Positions 49,559 through 58,533 of a DNA stretch of 64,000 nt are shown here, one piece after another. This DNA is from an archaeon (GTDB lineage: Archaea; Asgardarchaeota; Thorarchaeia; Thorarchaeales; Thorarchaeaceae): contig JAJRWI010000044.1 of the NCBI GenBank assembly GCA_024276825.1, positions 1 through 64,000 of the forward strand, read 5' to 3'. The translations under genes and the position numbers were made by a program. Each line of letters opens with the position of its first letter. The first letter of the stretch is position 1. The notes under the pieces are model-generated. The model saw only the letters and a list, made by a program, of their open reading frames with translations. It made no database searches and was not told the origin of the DNA.

Positions 49559-49756
49559 CTATATTAGCCCTAATTGCCTCGATATATGCGCCGCCACTAC
49601 TGCCACTATCAGTATGGCCGCTATAATCATCACTAGCGTGGGCCCAACCTTGATGCCAGGCGTCTCATCCTCGAAGAAGCGTATGAGGCCAGCTCCACCT
49701 GAGGGCATTGGTCCTTCACCCTTCTTCTTTCTGCGCTTTTTAGCAGTCTTTGGCAT
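49559..49756 (-). CDS. secG: Sec61 beta/SecG translocon subunit
   Basis: AGLIRFFEDE..IKVGP plus TM. Confidence 0.92.
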   Translation of the reverse strand: MPKTAKKRRKKKGEGPMPSGGAGLIRFFEDETPGIKVGPTLVMIIAAILIVAVVAAHISRQLGLI

Positions 49757-49873
49757 AGGGAGTTCACCAGAGGTGAAGTTGAGGTGATGGCTTTTAATCC
49801 TTTTGACAGGTCAAATAAAGAAGTCGCAAGATTCAGAAGGATACATGTAGTCACTAATTGGAAGCGCGAGGTC

Positions 49874-51238
49874 ATGAGAAGTAAGGCAGAATCTAGGCTG
49901 AGTGGGCTGGCAGTGATAATGTTAGTGAGCACCATGCTTATCACACAATGGGCCATTGGTAGTGGTGTGCCACCAGGCTTTTTGAAACCACCGCGAATCG
50001 CAGTGTTTCGTGGTGATACTGACTATGCATTATTATTGTCCTGGGACGATGGAATCAACGATGAGGTCCTGGCATATATCGAGGAGGAGTTTGGGGCGCA
50101 TCACACCTCCTTTGTTGTGACCTCACAGATTGATGAAAGGCAGTTATGGGGCCTGGACCTCCTCTTCCGAGGACATGATATTCAGTCGCACTCGCATAAG
50201 CATATCTATCACGCTTTGCTTAACAGGAGCTATTGTGAGTGGCTATACTTGAGGAGTGTTGAGAAGATCAGGTCCAAGTTTGGCTACGACGCAATTCTAA
50301 TGGCCTATCCATATGGGTCTTATGGCTACACTTCCTCGCGAGTGGCGATGGAATACTTTAATGTCGCACGTGGAGTGAATCCGGAGAAGCCGCAGATGCT
50401 GGGCACATGGCCGATTCCCGCTGATGAAGTGAGAGGTTGCAAGCAGTCCTTTCCTCTTGTCAGCGGCCTATCCGGGAACACCACAGAATGGCTCCAGTCA
50501 TCATTCACGAGTATGACTAAGTTGGGAGTGTATCGGGCGTTCAAGTGCTATGGTCATGCAGCGTTGTTCAATGGCAGTGAAATTAGGAGGTTTAGTGAGG
50601 TCTTGGCAGAAATTGCTGGACGCGGCGATACATGGATTACAAGTTGGGGGGAGGCGGTGGCATATAGCATAGAGCGGGAGCGGACACAAATTGAACACTA
50701 TTCACTTGGCATCAGCCGACTGACCTTCATACTGGTTGCGGACTTCAACATCACGCGATTTTCAGTCCCATTGACATTTGTTGTGGAGGTGCCACTTGGC
50801 TGGACTACTCCCACAGTGCTCGACGAAGGGAGAATACTATCAAGCCAACTGAAGAGCAGTCCTGACGGTCGAAGATATGTGGTCTTTGATACACTGCCGC
50901 AGAATCAGCAAATTGTGATTACGGCCAATGTTTTGATGGACACAGCCCCACCTGAAGTGTCCAATCTGCGCATGATGTTGAGTGATGAGGGAGTCTGTTT
51001 CATGCTTGACATAACCGATATGAGTGGAGTGGTGACTGATGTCAACATAACGATTACAACAGAACTAACCGTTTACTCTTTCAAGAACGTGCAGAATCCC
51101 GTCTTCTGGAACAATGCCACCTACGGCTGTGTGGTGTTCGGTCTTAAAACTGGAAGTTGCATCATGGAGGTTTCTGCAGTCGATAGTTCTGGGAACTCCA
51201 TGAACTTGGTCTATGAGATATTAATTCATCCCCAATGA
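49874..51238 (+). CDS. membrane-anchored polysaccharide deacetylase (NodB-like) with C-terminal beta-sandwich domains
   Basis: LSWDDG, HSHKH, AYPYG; N-terminal TM. Confidence 0.78.
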   Translation: MRSKAESRLSGLAVIMLVSTMLITQWAIGSGVPPGFLKPPRIAVFRGDTDYALLLSWDDGINDEVLAYIEEEFGAHHTSFVVTSQIDERQLWGLDLLFRGHDIQSHSHKHIYHALLNRSYCEWLYLRSVEKIRSKFGYDAILMAYPYGSYGYTSSRVAMEYFNVARGVNPEKPQMLGTWPIPADEVRGCKQSFPLVSGLSGNTTEWLQSSFTSMTKLGVYRAFKCYGHAALFNGSEIRRFSEVLAEIAGRGDTWITSWGEAVAYSIERERTQIEHYSLGISRLTFILVADFNITRFSVPLTFVVEVPLGWTTPTVLDEGRILSSQLKSSPDGRRYVVFDTLPQNQQIVITANVLMDTAPPEVSNLRMMLSDEGVCFMLDITDMSGVVTDVNITITTELTVYSFKNVQNPVFWNNATYGCVVFGLKTGSCIMEVSAVDSSGNSMNLVYEILIHPQ

Positions 51239-51541
51239 TTAAGGTTCATCAGTGCACTCACAAGGGCTTTTTCCACATCTAGAGCAGACATAATTGTACT
51301 TGTTAAGTAATGCCTGTGCAAGATCGATGTTGAGAAGGTTGGCAATGGAAATTACCCATGCAAAGAGGTCTCCGAGCTCCCTCTCAACATCTTCTTGCGA
51401 TCTATTCTGCATGATGGCATCGCTGAGTTCTGCAAGTTCCTGAAATGTCCTCAACAGGGTGCGACCTACTCCGCGTTCCTTGTCGCGCTCGTAGTAAATC
51501 CTATGAATCATCTCTTGTGCTTCTCGGATATCCATTTTCAT
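51239..51541 (-). CDS. MazG-like NTP pyrophosphohydrolase
   Basis: QELAEL, ELGDLFAW, C-terminal Cys cluster. Confidence 0.85.
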   Translation of the reverse strand: MKMDIREAQEMIHRIYYERDKERGVGRTLLRTFQELAELSDAIMQNRSQEDVERELGDLFAWVISIANLLNIDLAQALLNKYNYVCSRCGKSPCECTDEP

Positions 51542-51564
51542 CCCTGCTGAGTGTTATTCATGAT

Positions 51565-52887
51565 TTATAGGAATCTCAGGTGCTTGTAGGCTGGAGTCTT
51601 AGTATCAAAGGCAAACTGTACTTTCTGATACTCCTTTCTAAACTCTGCAACGTCTTCGGCCACCTTCACGACACTCTCACCTTTCATGACGACTCTATGC
51701 ATGAACTCTGCAATCGCATCCATCTCTGGCTCCCTCATCCCAAGTCGAGTCATTTCACTGGTACCAAGTCTAATGCCACCGGGAGTCTTATAATCACGTC
51801 CCATCTTTTTATCCCATGGAAGCAGATTTCTATTGATGATGATATTGGCTCTCTCAAGTTGTTCTTCCACAATACGACCGTTCTTCATCGGAGTTTCTGA
51901 GATGTCCACAAGAACAACATGCGACTCTGTAAAGCCCTTGTGTTCGGCAATCACCTTCCAACCGCGATCATAGAGGGCCTGAGCGAGTGCTTTGGCATTT
52001 TTGATGATTTGTTCTGAGTAATCCTTTCCAAATTCCATCATCTCCGCAAGGACCACAGCAAGACCTGCAACATTATGCAAGTGATGATTACTCATCATAC
52101 CGGGAAATGCAGCCCGCTTCACTGCCTCTGAAAGTTCCTCCCTTGCAAGGACAATACCGTGTTGTGGACCTGGCATAGTCTTATGAGTGGAGGCAGTCAT
52201 GATGTCTGCTCCCTCCCTAAGTGGGTCTTGAAATCTACCTGCGGCGATAAGTCCCGAAACATGTGCTGAATCATATCCAATGCGCATTCCATACTCATCT
52301 GCGATATCCCTGAACTCTTTCACAGGATGCGGGAACGGGAATACACTGCCACCAAATAGCAGGAGCTTTATCTCTTGCCCCCCTTCTTGCAGTTTTCTTA
52401 TCTCTTTGATACTAGCATCTACATCGATATTGAATTCCTTCTCGTCAAAGACCCAATTGCGCACCTTGTGCCCCCTGACTGCACCTGCGGTTCCACCAAG
52501 ATTTCTTCGTGCATGAGAAATATGACCACCATGAGCAATTGATAATGCCATCATCCTATCGCCAGGGGCCATTGTTGCAGTGTACATCATCAGGTTGGCA
52601 ACAACTCCCGAAACTGGCCTTACATCTGCGAACTCGGCGTTATAGAGCTTCTTAGCAAGGTCAATACAAATCAGTTCTACTTCATCGATATACTTGCACC
52701 CGGCATATACTCTCTCACCAGGCCAGCCCTCTGCATAGCGGTCTCTGAAATCACATACTATTGCTGATCTCACCGCGGGTGAAGAAATGTTCTCGGATGC
52801 AATGAGATTAATCGTCTTACTCATCCAATTATCGTGCTTTTCAATAAGATCAAATACTGTGTCATACAACTTCTTGTGTTCACTCAA
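51565..52887 (-). CDS. glyA: serine hydroxymethyltransferase
   Basis: LIASEN, YAEG, STHKT, GIRLGT. Confidence 0.97.
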   Translation of the reverse strand: MSEHKKLYDTVFDLIEKHDNWMSKTINLIASENISSPAVRSAIVCDFRDRYAEGWPGERVYAGCKYIDEVELICIDLAKKLYNAEFADVRPVSGVVANLMMYTATMAPGDRMMALSIAHGGHISHARRNLGGTAGAVRGHKVRNWVFDEKEFNIDVDASIKEIRKLQEGGQEIKLLLFGGSVFPFPHPVKEFRDIADEYGMRIGYDSAHVSGLIAAGRFQDPLREGADIMTASTHKTMPGPQHGIVLAREELSEAVKRAAFPGMMSNHHLHNVAGLAVVLAEMMEFGKDYSEQIIKNAKALAQALYDRGWKVIAEHKGFTESHVVLVDISETPMKNGRIVEEQLERANIIINRNLLPWDKKMGRDYKTPGGIRLGTSEMTRLGMREPEMDAIAEFMHRVVMKGESVVKVAEDVAEFRKEYQKVQFAFDTKTPAYKHLRFL

Positions 52888-53000
52888 ATGATGACCTCCC
52901 AAGCCATGAGGATGTGTGCGCTGAGGTCCAACTTCGTTATATCACTTGCGACAGGGCTGCAATCAGTCTGAATGTGGTTTAATACACTAACAGAAGAAGA

Positions 53001-53136
53001 TGGCGGGCCAGGTGGGACTCGAATTCGTGTTGTGTTTCGTAGTGAAACCCAATCCCACGACCAACAAGTCTCTCCAATCCCAGCAAAATACTGGAGATTT
53101 AAGAGCCTGTCGCTATACCGACTTAGCCACTGGCCC
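53001..53136 (-). tRNA. tRNA-Lys(CTT) with two 30-nt introns (37/38: 53070-53099; 53/54: 53024-53053), CCA encoded
   Basis: Removing both inserts gives a 76-nt cloverleaf GGGCCAG...ACAGG-CTCTTAA-CTTGT...GTGGG-TTCGAGT-CCCAC-CTGGCCC-GCCA. Confidence 0.92.
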
Positions 53137-53280
53137 ACGATTCAATGTCTTTTCAGATTGAGTTTATAGATGTTGCGATACTGCATCCACCTCTTACCAC
53201 CAAGAATAAGATTAGGAGGCTATTTATGGTGCGATGATATATATCTCTAGACCATTGGAAGCAGTATAAGAGGTGTTCTG

Positions 53281-54915
53281 ATGCTGAAGATGATTAGCAA
53301 TAACAAGTTCTTTGTAGTCGCACTCGTTGCGACTATAGTCACTGCTGGAATGTCATTTGGAAACCTTCCCACGCCTTCCCCTCCTCAAGGCGTTCAGGTG
53401 ATTAATGGAGTCACTTTCAACTTTTCTGATTACCCGTTTGTCCCTCATGAGTCATTGGCCCTGTTTAACTATCTGGACACGATAGTCAGTAGCAAATATC
53501 AAGGGTATGGCGAATGGGAGGGGTGGTATGCAGAGAACTATCATGGCCTTCATCATTATGTGCTGGCCTTCATGGACTATACTGTCAGTGCGATGTTTGA
53601 AGCTACTTCTGGATATCGTACTGATTACTATCGTGAGTTTGCATATGATCTGATAAAACGAATGAACACTACGGAGGAGGAATGGGGTGAAAACAGCATC
53701 GAATACAAGGAGTGGACACATCCCGAGTATAACTATGTTGATTACTATTATCCAAACAATGCATCCGATCCCAATGCAGTATACGTTGGGGGCTGGCGCG
53801 GTCCCGCAAATATCATGTGGACCGGACATTATGCCTTGATGCAGGCATTATATGAGAGAAACTTCAACACAGGTGAGTTTATTGATGAACTGAGCTGGTT
53901 TATCAAGGACTGGAACCTCTCACTGTTGACGGATCGCCATGGCAATTCAAAGGAGGGTGGATTATGGGGTGTTGGACTGATTCCATGTGAACCATACATT
54001 GTCTTTGTTCAATGCAATTCAATCCCCATACTGACAACTGCCCTCTATGACAATATGATGGGTACAAACTATATGCCCATGTGGGACTATGGACTGAACT
54101 TCATAAATACAGTCATGCAAGATCAATATGGTCTCTTTATGGATGGCTATTATGTGGATCGACCAACTTCAATCTACTATAACACTGAACGCCTGCCTGA
54201 TACAATCCCTGGTCCTGCACAATCACTGTATGCCAAAGATGGCAGGTGTAAAGTGTCATCTTACTGCAATGGTTGGGCTCTAGCCTTTCTTGAATACATT
54301 CAAGAGAACGAAACTATACATGATTACCCAATTTTCTTGCAACATTTCAAGAAAGACATATCTCCCGACATGGCATATATCATTGACACTTACAATAATC
54401 CAACTGGATTCGGGACATTTGATATACTTGGCACACTATTCACAATGCATCTTGCTAATCAGCGGGGCGATTATGCATTAAGAAACCGTCTTGTTAATTT
54501 TCTCTATAGCTCCTATAATAAAATCTGGTCATCTGATGGGCGTAGAATGTATTATGACACGCTCTCCATCGAACCATTCATGCAACCAGTTCTTGCATTT
54601 GGCCACATATGGGCCACAAACCCCGTTACTATAAAAGACCTCGGTGATGCACGTCCAGCCGAATTCTGGAATTATCCATATATCAGCTCAGCTGATGATG
54701 ATAATATTTGGGTCTATCAGGCCCAGTGGGATCCCAACAAGTCTGCATTCATTCTGAATATCCGCGTAGACCGGACTGCCACATTGACATTCAGCAATTT
54801 TGACGCAACTCCAACTGCATATTTTGGAGGAACGGTCCTCACTCAATTGACTCAGGCTGCTGATGGATATACTCTGACACTAAGCCCGGGTCAGTATAAC
54901 CTTGTGATAATGTGA
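53281..54915 (+). CDS. secreted/anchored linalool dehydratase/isomerase (Ldi/LinD) family protein
   Basis: NIMWTGH and CEPYIVFVQCN match recalled LinD NIMYKGH and CEPDNYFVQCN; N-terminal signal or anchor. Confidence 0.82.
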   Translation: MLKMISNNKFFVVALVATIVTAGMSFGNLPTPSPPQGVQVINGVTFNFSDYPFVPHESLALFNYLDTIVSSKYQGYGEWEGWYAENYHGLHHYVLAFMDYTVSAMFEATSGYRTDYYREFAYDLIKRMNTTEEEWGENSIEYKEWTHPEYNYVDYYYPNNASDPNAVYVGGWRGPANIMWTGHYALMQALYERNFNTGEFIDELSWFIKDWNLSLLTDRHGNSKEGGLWGVGLIPCEPYIVFVQCNSIPILTTALYDNMMGTNYMPMWDYGLNFINTVMQDQYGLFMDGYYVDRPTSIYYNTERLPDTIPGPAQSLYAKDGRCKVSSYCNGWALAFLEYIQENETIHDYPIFLQHFKKDISPDMAYIIDTYNNPTGFGTFDILGTLFTMHLANQRGDYALRNRLVNFLYSSYNKIWSSDGRRMYYDTLSIEPFMQPVLAFGHIWATNPVTIKDLGDARPAEFWNYPYISSADDDNIWVYQAQWDPNKSAFILNIRVDRTATLTFSNFDATPTAYFGGTVLTQLTQAADGYTLTLSPGQYNLVIM

Positions 54916-54916
54916 G

Positions 54917-55546
54917 GTGGCAAAAATGACCGAAGAAACAACGAAGTCAGAAGCGAGCGCTGAGAAAATGACTGTGCTTGAGCGTTGTAGAATGAATGAC
55001 AGATCCGCATTAATGAAAACAATGCTCTATGCATTAGTAGGCGCAGCTCTATACACCATTCTACAAATGATCCCTCACCCGTTCATTGTTTTGGGTCTGC
55101 TAAAATTCGGCCTACTTCCCTCATTAACAATAATTGCACTTGTTGGTGCAATAAGGGGGCCCACAGCAGGCTTTCTGACTGGCTATCTAGGCGAGGTGAC
55201 ATATGGTCTGCTAATTCATAATACCATAGTGACAATGACTCTTGATGCTGCAGCATTTGGAGTTATTGGTCTGATAGTGGGATTGGCATCATATGACCTC
55301 AAGAATGGCAGGTCTTTGGTGAAGTTGTCAATACTGTCAGTCACAGGTCTGATATTTTCGACTCTGCTGATAGTAGTGATTGCAATGAAGGTCGAGGTAT
55401 ACGGAACATTAGCAATTCTCGGCTTTGAGATGTTGCCTCTCTTGACCCTCGGGATTCCAACACTCATGTTCTTGACACCTGTTCTCGCAAGAATCTGGGC
55501 CAAAATCGCCATTAGTTTGTCCCCAGCTGGTGAAAAAGCCCATTGA
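54917..55546 (+). CDS. ECF transporter S component
   Basis: About 6 TMs; IALVGAIRGPTAGFLTGYLG signature. Confidence 0.78.
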   Translation: MAKMTEETTKSEASAEKMTVLERCRMNDRSALMKTMLYALVGAALYTILQMIPHPFIVLGLLKFGLLPSLTIIALVGAIRGPTAGFLTGYLGEVTYGLLIHNTIVTMTLDAAAFGVIGLIVGLASYDLKNGRSLVKLSILSVTGLIFSTLLIVVIAMKVEVYGTLAILGFEMLPLLTLGIPTLMFLTPVLARIWAKIAISLSPAGEKAH

Positions 55547-55731
55547 GAATTGAGAGAGTTATTCTCTCACTTCTCTTATTCTTTACACCTGACACAGATA
55601 CCATGCACACCAAAACTACAATGAACGATCCATCCTGCAAAGTGGGACTTTTTCTTTTTCCCACTATATTTATAGGAGAGGACATACTATCCCTTGTTCA
55701 CTTTGATTTTTATCAAGGAGGTTCAAGACTC

Positions 55732-56535
55732 ATGTTTAATCCGTTAGGTCCTAGCCTTGAATTGGTCTGGGATTTTATTGCCATGATAATATCATTCGTG
55801 CTCGTGTTGCTTCTGGTGCAAATAAACGCGGCAATTGAGAAGAGTGGGAAGCTTTCAACAATAGTGACTAGAAAAGTCATTCATACATTTGCAGCTCCTG
55901 TGTGGATGGTTTCATGGCTGTTGTTCTCAGGTGGCCTGTTCAGCAGATGGTTGGCCATGATAGTACCCTTACTCTTTGTCCTGCAATTCCTTGCCATAGG
56001 AACAGGAAGAGTGGAGAATGAAGACTTTGTGAGATCAATGTCCCGCAGTGGCGATCCAAAAGAATTACTTGGTGGCACACTTTACTATGCAACTATCATG
56101 GTGATTTTTGGCATCCTGTGGTTCTATGTGCCCCCTGGTGGCAATGTTGCACAAGCATCACCAATTGCGATTATTGCATTGGCATGCCTTGCAGGCGGTG
56201 ATGGACTGGCCGACGTGATAGGCAGAAAATATGGTGGTGAGAGAAAATTTGGCATTGGTGGTTCTGAAAAGACAATTGCAGGGGCATTTGGAATGTTCAT
56301 TGGAAGTCTTCTCTTTAGCATTGTCTTGCTATTAATATTCTCCCTTGTAGTTTCGTCATTTGTAGTGGCTGATATCTTCGTACCTCTTCTAATTATCAGT
56401 ATTGTCGTCACAATCGTCGAATTTCTAACACCCAAAGGCTATGATAACATCAGTATTCCAATTGCAGCGGTCATTACAATGATCCTCCTGCCCTACATCA
56501 TTCCTACCTGGGCATTCCCCTTACTTACACTCTAG
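55732..56535 (+). CDS. CTP-dependent phytol/farnesol (polyprenol) kinase
   Basis: RKVIH, SMSRSGDPKELL.G.LYY, GDGLADVIGRKYG, KTIAG, DNISIP; GGAGG RBS before 55732. Confidence 0.85.
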   Translation: MFNPLGPSLELVWDFIAMIISFVLVLLLVQINAAIEKSGKLSTIVTRKVIHTFAAPVWMVSWLLFSGGLFSRWLAMIVPLLFVLQFLAIGTGRVENEDFVRSMSRSGDPKELLGGTLYYATIMVIFGILWFYVPPGGNVAQASPIAIIALACLAGGDGLADVIGRKYGGERKFGIGGSEKTIAGAFGMFIGSLLFSIVLLLIFSLVVSSFVVADIFVPLLIISIVVTIVEFLTPKGYDNISIPIAAVITMILLPYIIPTWAFPLLTL

Positions 56536-56568
56536 ATTAAATATGCAATTATAGATGGTGGCGGTCTC

Positions 56569-57387
56569 ATGAAGAACGAGCTCACAATAATCAAGCTTGG
56601 GGGTTCGCTGCTAACAGACAAGTCCCACCCTTACTCGGTTCATAGTAACATACTGGAAACGGTTTCTCACGAAATCAGAGATTGCATGGACAAAGGGCTG
56701 ATACAATCGCTAATTATTGTTCATGGTGTTGGCTCTTATGGCCATCCACCAGTGCTAGAACACAAGCTTCACAAGGGCTTCATGGGACCCCATCAGCTTT
56801 TGCCCCTCTCAAAGACTCAAGCAATAGTCGCTGAATTCAGGGCAATAATTGTCAGAGCATTACAGGATGCAGGTATACCTGTCTGTCTGATGTATCCTTC
56901 ATCTATGATGGTTCAAGAAAGGATGAGGCTCACACGCTATTTTCTTGAACCACTAGAGGGATTCCTATCATTAGGAATGGTGCCCCTGCTTGGTGGTGAT
57001 ATTCTGATAGATCCTGCTATGGGCTGGAGTGTCGGAAGTGGTGACCAGATTGCAGTGGTATTGGCCAAGGAACTTGGTGCAAGGCATCTATATTTTGCCT
57101 CTGATATTGATGGTGTTTTTACTGCAGATCCAAAGCAGAACCCTGATGCAGAGCTCATTGACACAATTAATTTGAACAAGGCTGAAGAAATTTTGGAAAG
57201 ATTGAGAACATCCAGCGGTGCTGATGCAAGTGGAGCAATGCATGGGAAGATAAATGCAATCCTGAGCCTGAAAGATGATATTCAAAATGGTCTTGATGTA
57301 GCAATTCTATCAATGATGACTTCTGGCAGGCTTACTGCCCTTCTGGAAGGCGGTGATACAAGAGCCACCTGTTTCTCGGTTGTTTGA
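56569..57387 (+). CDS. ipk: isopentenyl phosphate kinase
   Basis: IKLGGSLLTDK, HGVGSYGH (IPK signature His), SGDQ, DASGAMHGK. Confidence 0.88.
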   Translation: MKNELTIIKLGGSLLTDKSHPYSVHSNILETVSHEIRDCMDKGLIQSLIIVHGVGSYGHPPVLEHKLHKGFMGPHQLLPLSKTQAIVAEFRAIIVRALQDAGIPVCLMYPSSMMVQERMRLTRYFLEPLEGFLSLGMVPLLGGDILIDPAMGWSVGSGDQIAVVLAKELGARHLYFASDIDGVFTADPKQNPDAELIDTINLNKAEEILERLRTSSGADASGAMHGKINAILSLKDDIQNGLDVAILSMMTSGRLTALLEGGDTRATCFSVV

Positions 57388-57443
57388 AATCTTTTTTATT
57401 ATGTAATATCAAAGGACGAGCTTGACTCTAGAGAGGTCCTGAC

Positions 57444-58520
57444 ATGAGCGAAGTCGAAACAAGGATGCCCCATAATATAATGAGAGACCGTGACGTTTTT
57501 GAAACACTCAATAATCATCTCTATGTGACCCATGGCTTCATACAACCCCGGGACAAAATAATATGCTACCTCAAATATATACCCGATATGAATGGCAAGT
57601 GGATCTCCCCCCATGGACGCTATAGGAGAGTATTCTCAGGGGGTCCCGAATCGGTAATCTCTGCCATGAAGATTTCACATCAATCCTATTTTCAATATGA
57701 TAAACATCTTGGGGTTGAAATTTTGAAGGTCCCAGTCGATGACGTCCTGCGGTACTATCGCCCTGAGGACCGGATGAACGACATAATCAAGCACGGACCA
57801 AATGATGCTTTGGAAGAACGGGCCAAGACGATTGCAGAGATGCTCCATGACACTCTAAAAATACCCTTTGATAGGATAGGAGTGGCTGGAAGTATCTCAT
57901 GGCATGGACATAATCCCTCTTTCTCGGATGTGAATATGAATGTGTATGGACAAGATGCCATTAACAAACTGCTGAATGGCAGAGATATGATTGTTGAAAC
58001 ATATCCAAGCGTTCGATATCGAACCATCAAGGAATGGGCCGATGGGAGCATTGTTCGTCTGTGTATGCGAATTACTCACATCACCAAAGAGGACATGATC
58101 CCATTGTTTAAGAGACGTCGCGAAATATGCCTAAATGACATCTATACTGGAATCATGCCAGTCCTCCTACCCAACGAGGCTCCAATAAAGCATGGTCATG
58201 AATCATATCACGCCATTAACGATGTTCCTCTCAAGGCTGAGCTCGAGATTTTAGACACTCAGTTTGGATCATTGACCCCCGCCATATATCAGACAATCTC
58301 TCAACCCCTTGATATTATTGATGGGGACCGAATCACCAGACTGATGATCTATGATGGTGCCTTCAAAGACCTTCTCCTGCCTGGTGATACTGTAGAGGTG
58401 AATGGAACAATTCAAAGAGTGATCACAAAAGACTCAAGTGAGCTTTATCAGATTATGATAGGAACAATGAGGGGTGTGGGCAGGGAGTTTCTCAGGCTTG
58501 TTGACCAATCATCAGGCTAA
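57444..58520 (+). CDS. predicted nucleotidyltransferase (COG1665-like)
   Basis: YLKYIPD, IGVAGS...SDVN.NVYG. Confidence 0.65.
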   Translation: MSEVETRMPHNIMRDRDVFETLNNHLYVTHGFIQPRDKIICYLKYIPDMNGKWISPHGRYRRVFSGGPESVISAMKISHQSYFQYDKHLGVEILKVPVDDVLRYYRPEDRMNDIIKHGPNDALEERAKTIAEMLHDTLKIPFDRIGVAGSISWHGHNPSFSDVNMNVYGQDAINKLLNGRDMIVETYPSVRYRTIKEWADGSIVRLCMRITHITKEDMIPLFKRRREICLNDIYTGIMPVLLPNEAPIKHGHESYHAINDVPLKAELEILDTQFGSLTPAIYQTISQPLDIIDGDRITRLMIYDGAFKDLLLPGDTVEVNGTIQRVITKDSSELYQIMIGTMRGVGREFLRLVDQSSG

Positions 58521-58533
58521 GGAATGTGATAGA

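Noticed and set aside
52884-53169. ORFs 52884-53138 and 52972-53169
   Set aside because: They overlap the intron-containing tRNA-Lys
55543-55731. N-terminal extension of the prenol kinase ORF
   Set aside because: The region holds a T-rich terminator-like tract, a TATA-like box and an RBS that favour ATG 55732
53001-57387. tRNA-integrated genomic island carrying the LinD cluster
   Set aside because: The cluster lies 5' of the tRNA; no integrase or duplicated tRNA 3' end was seen
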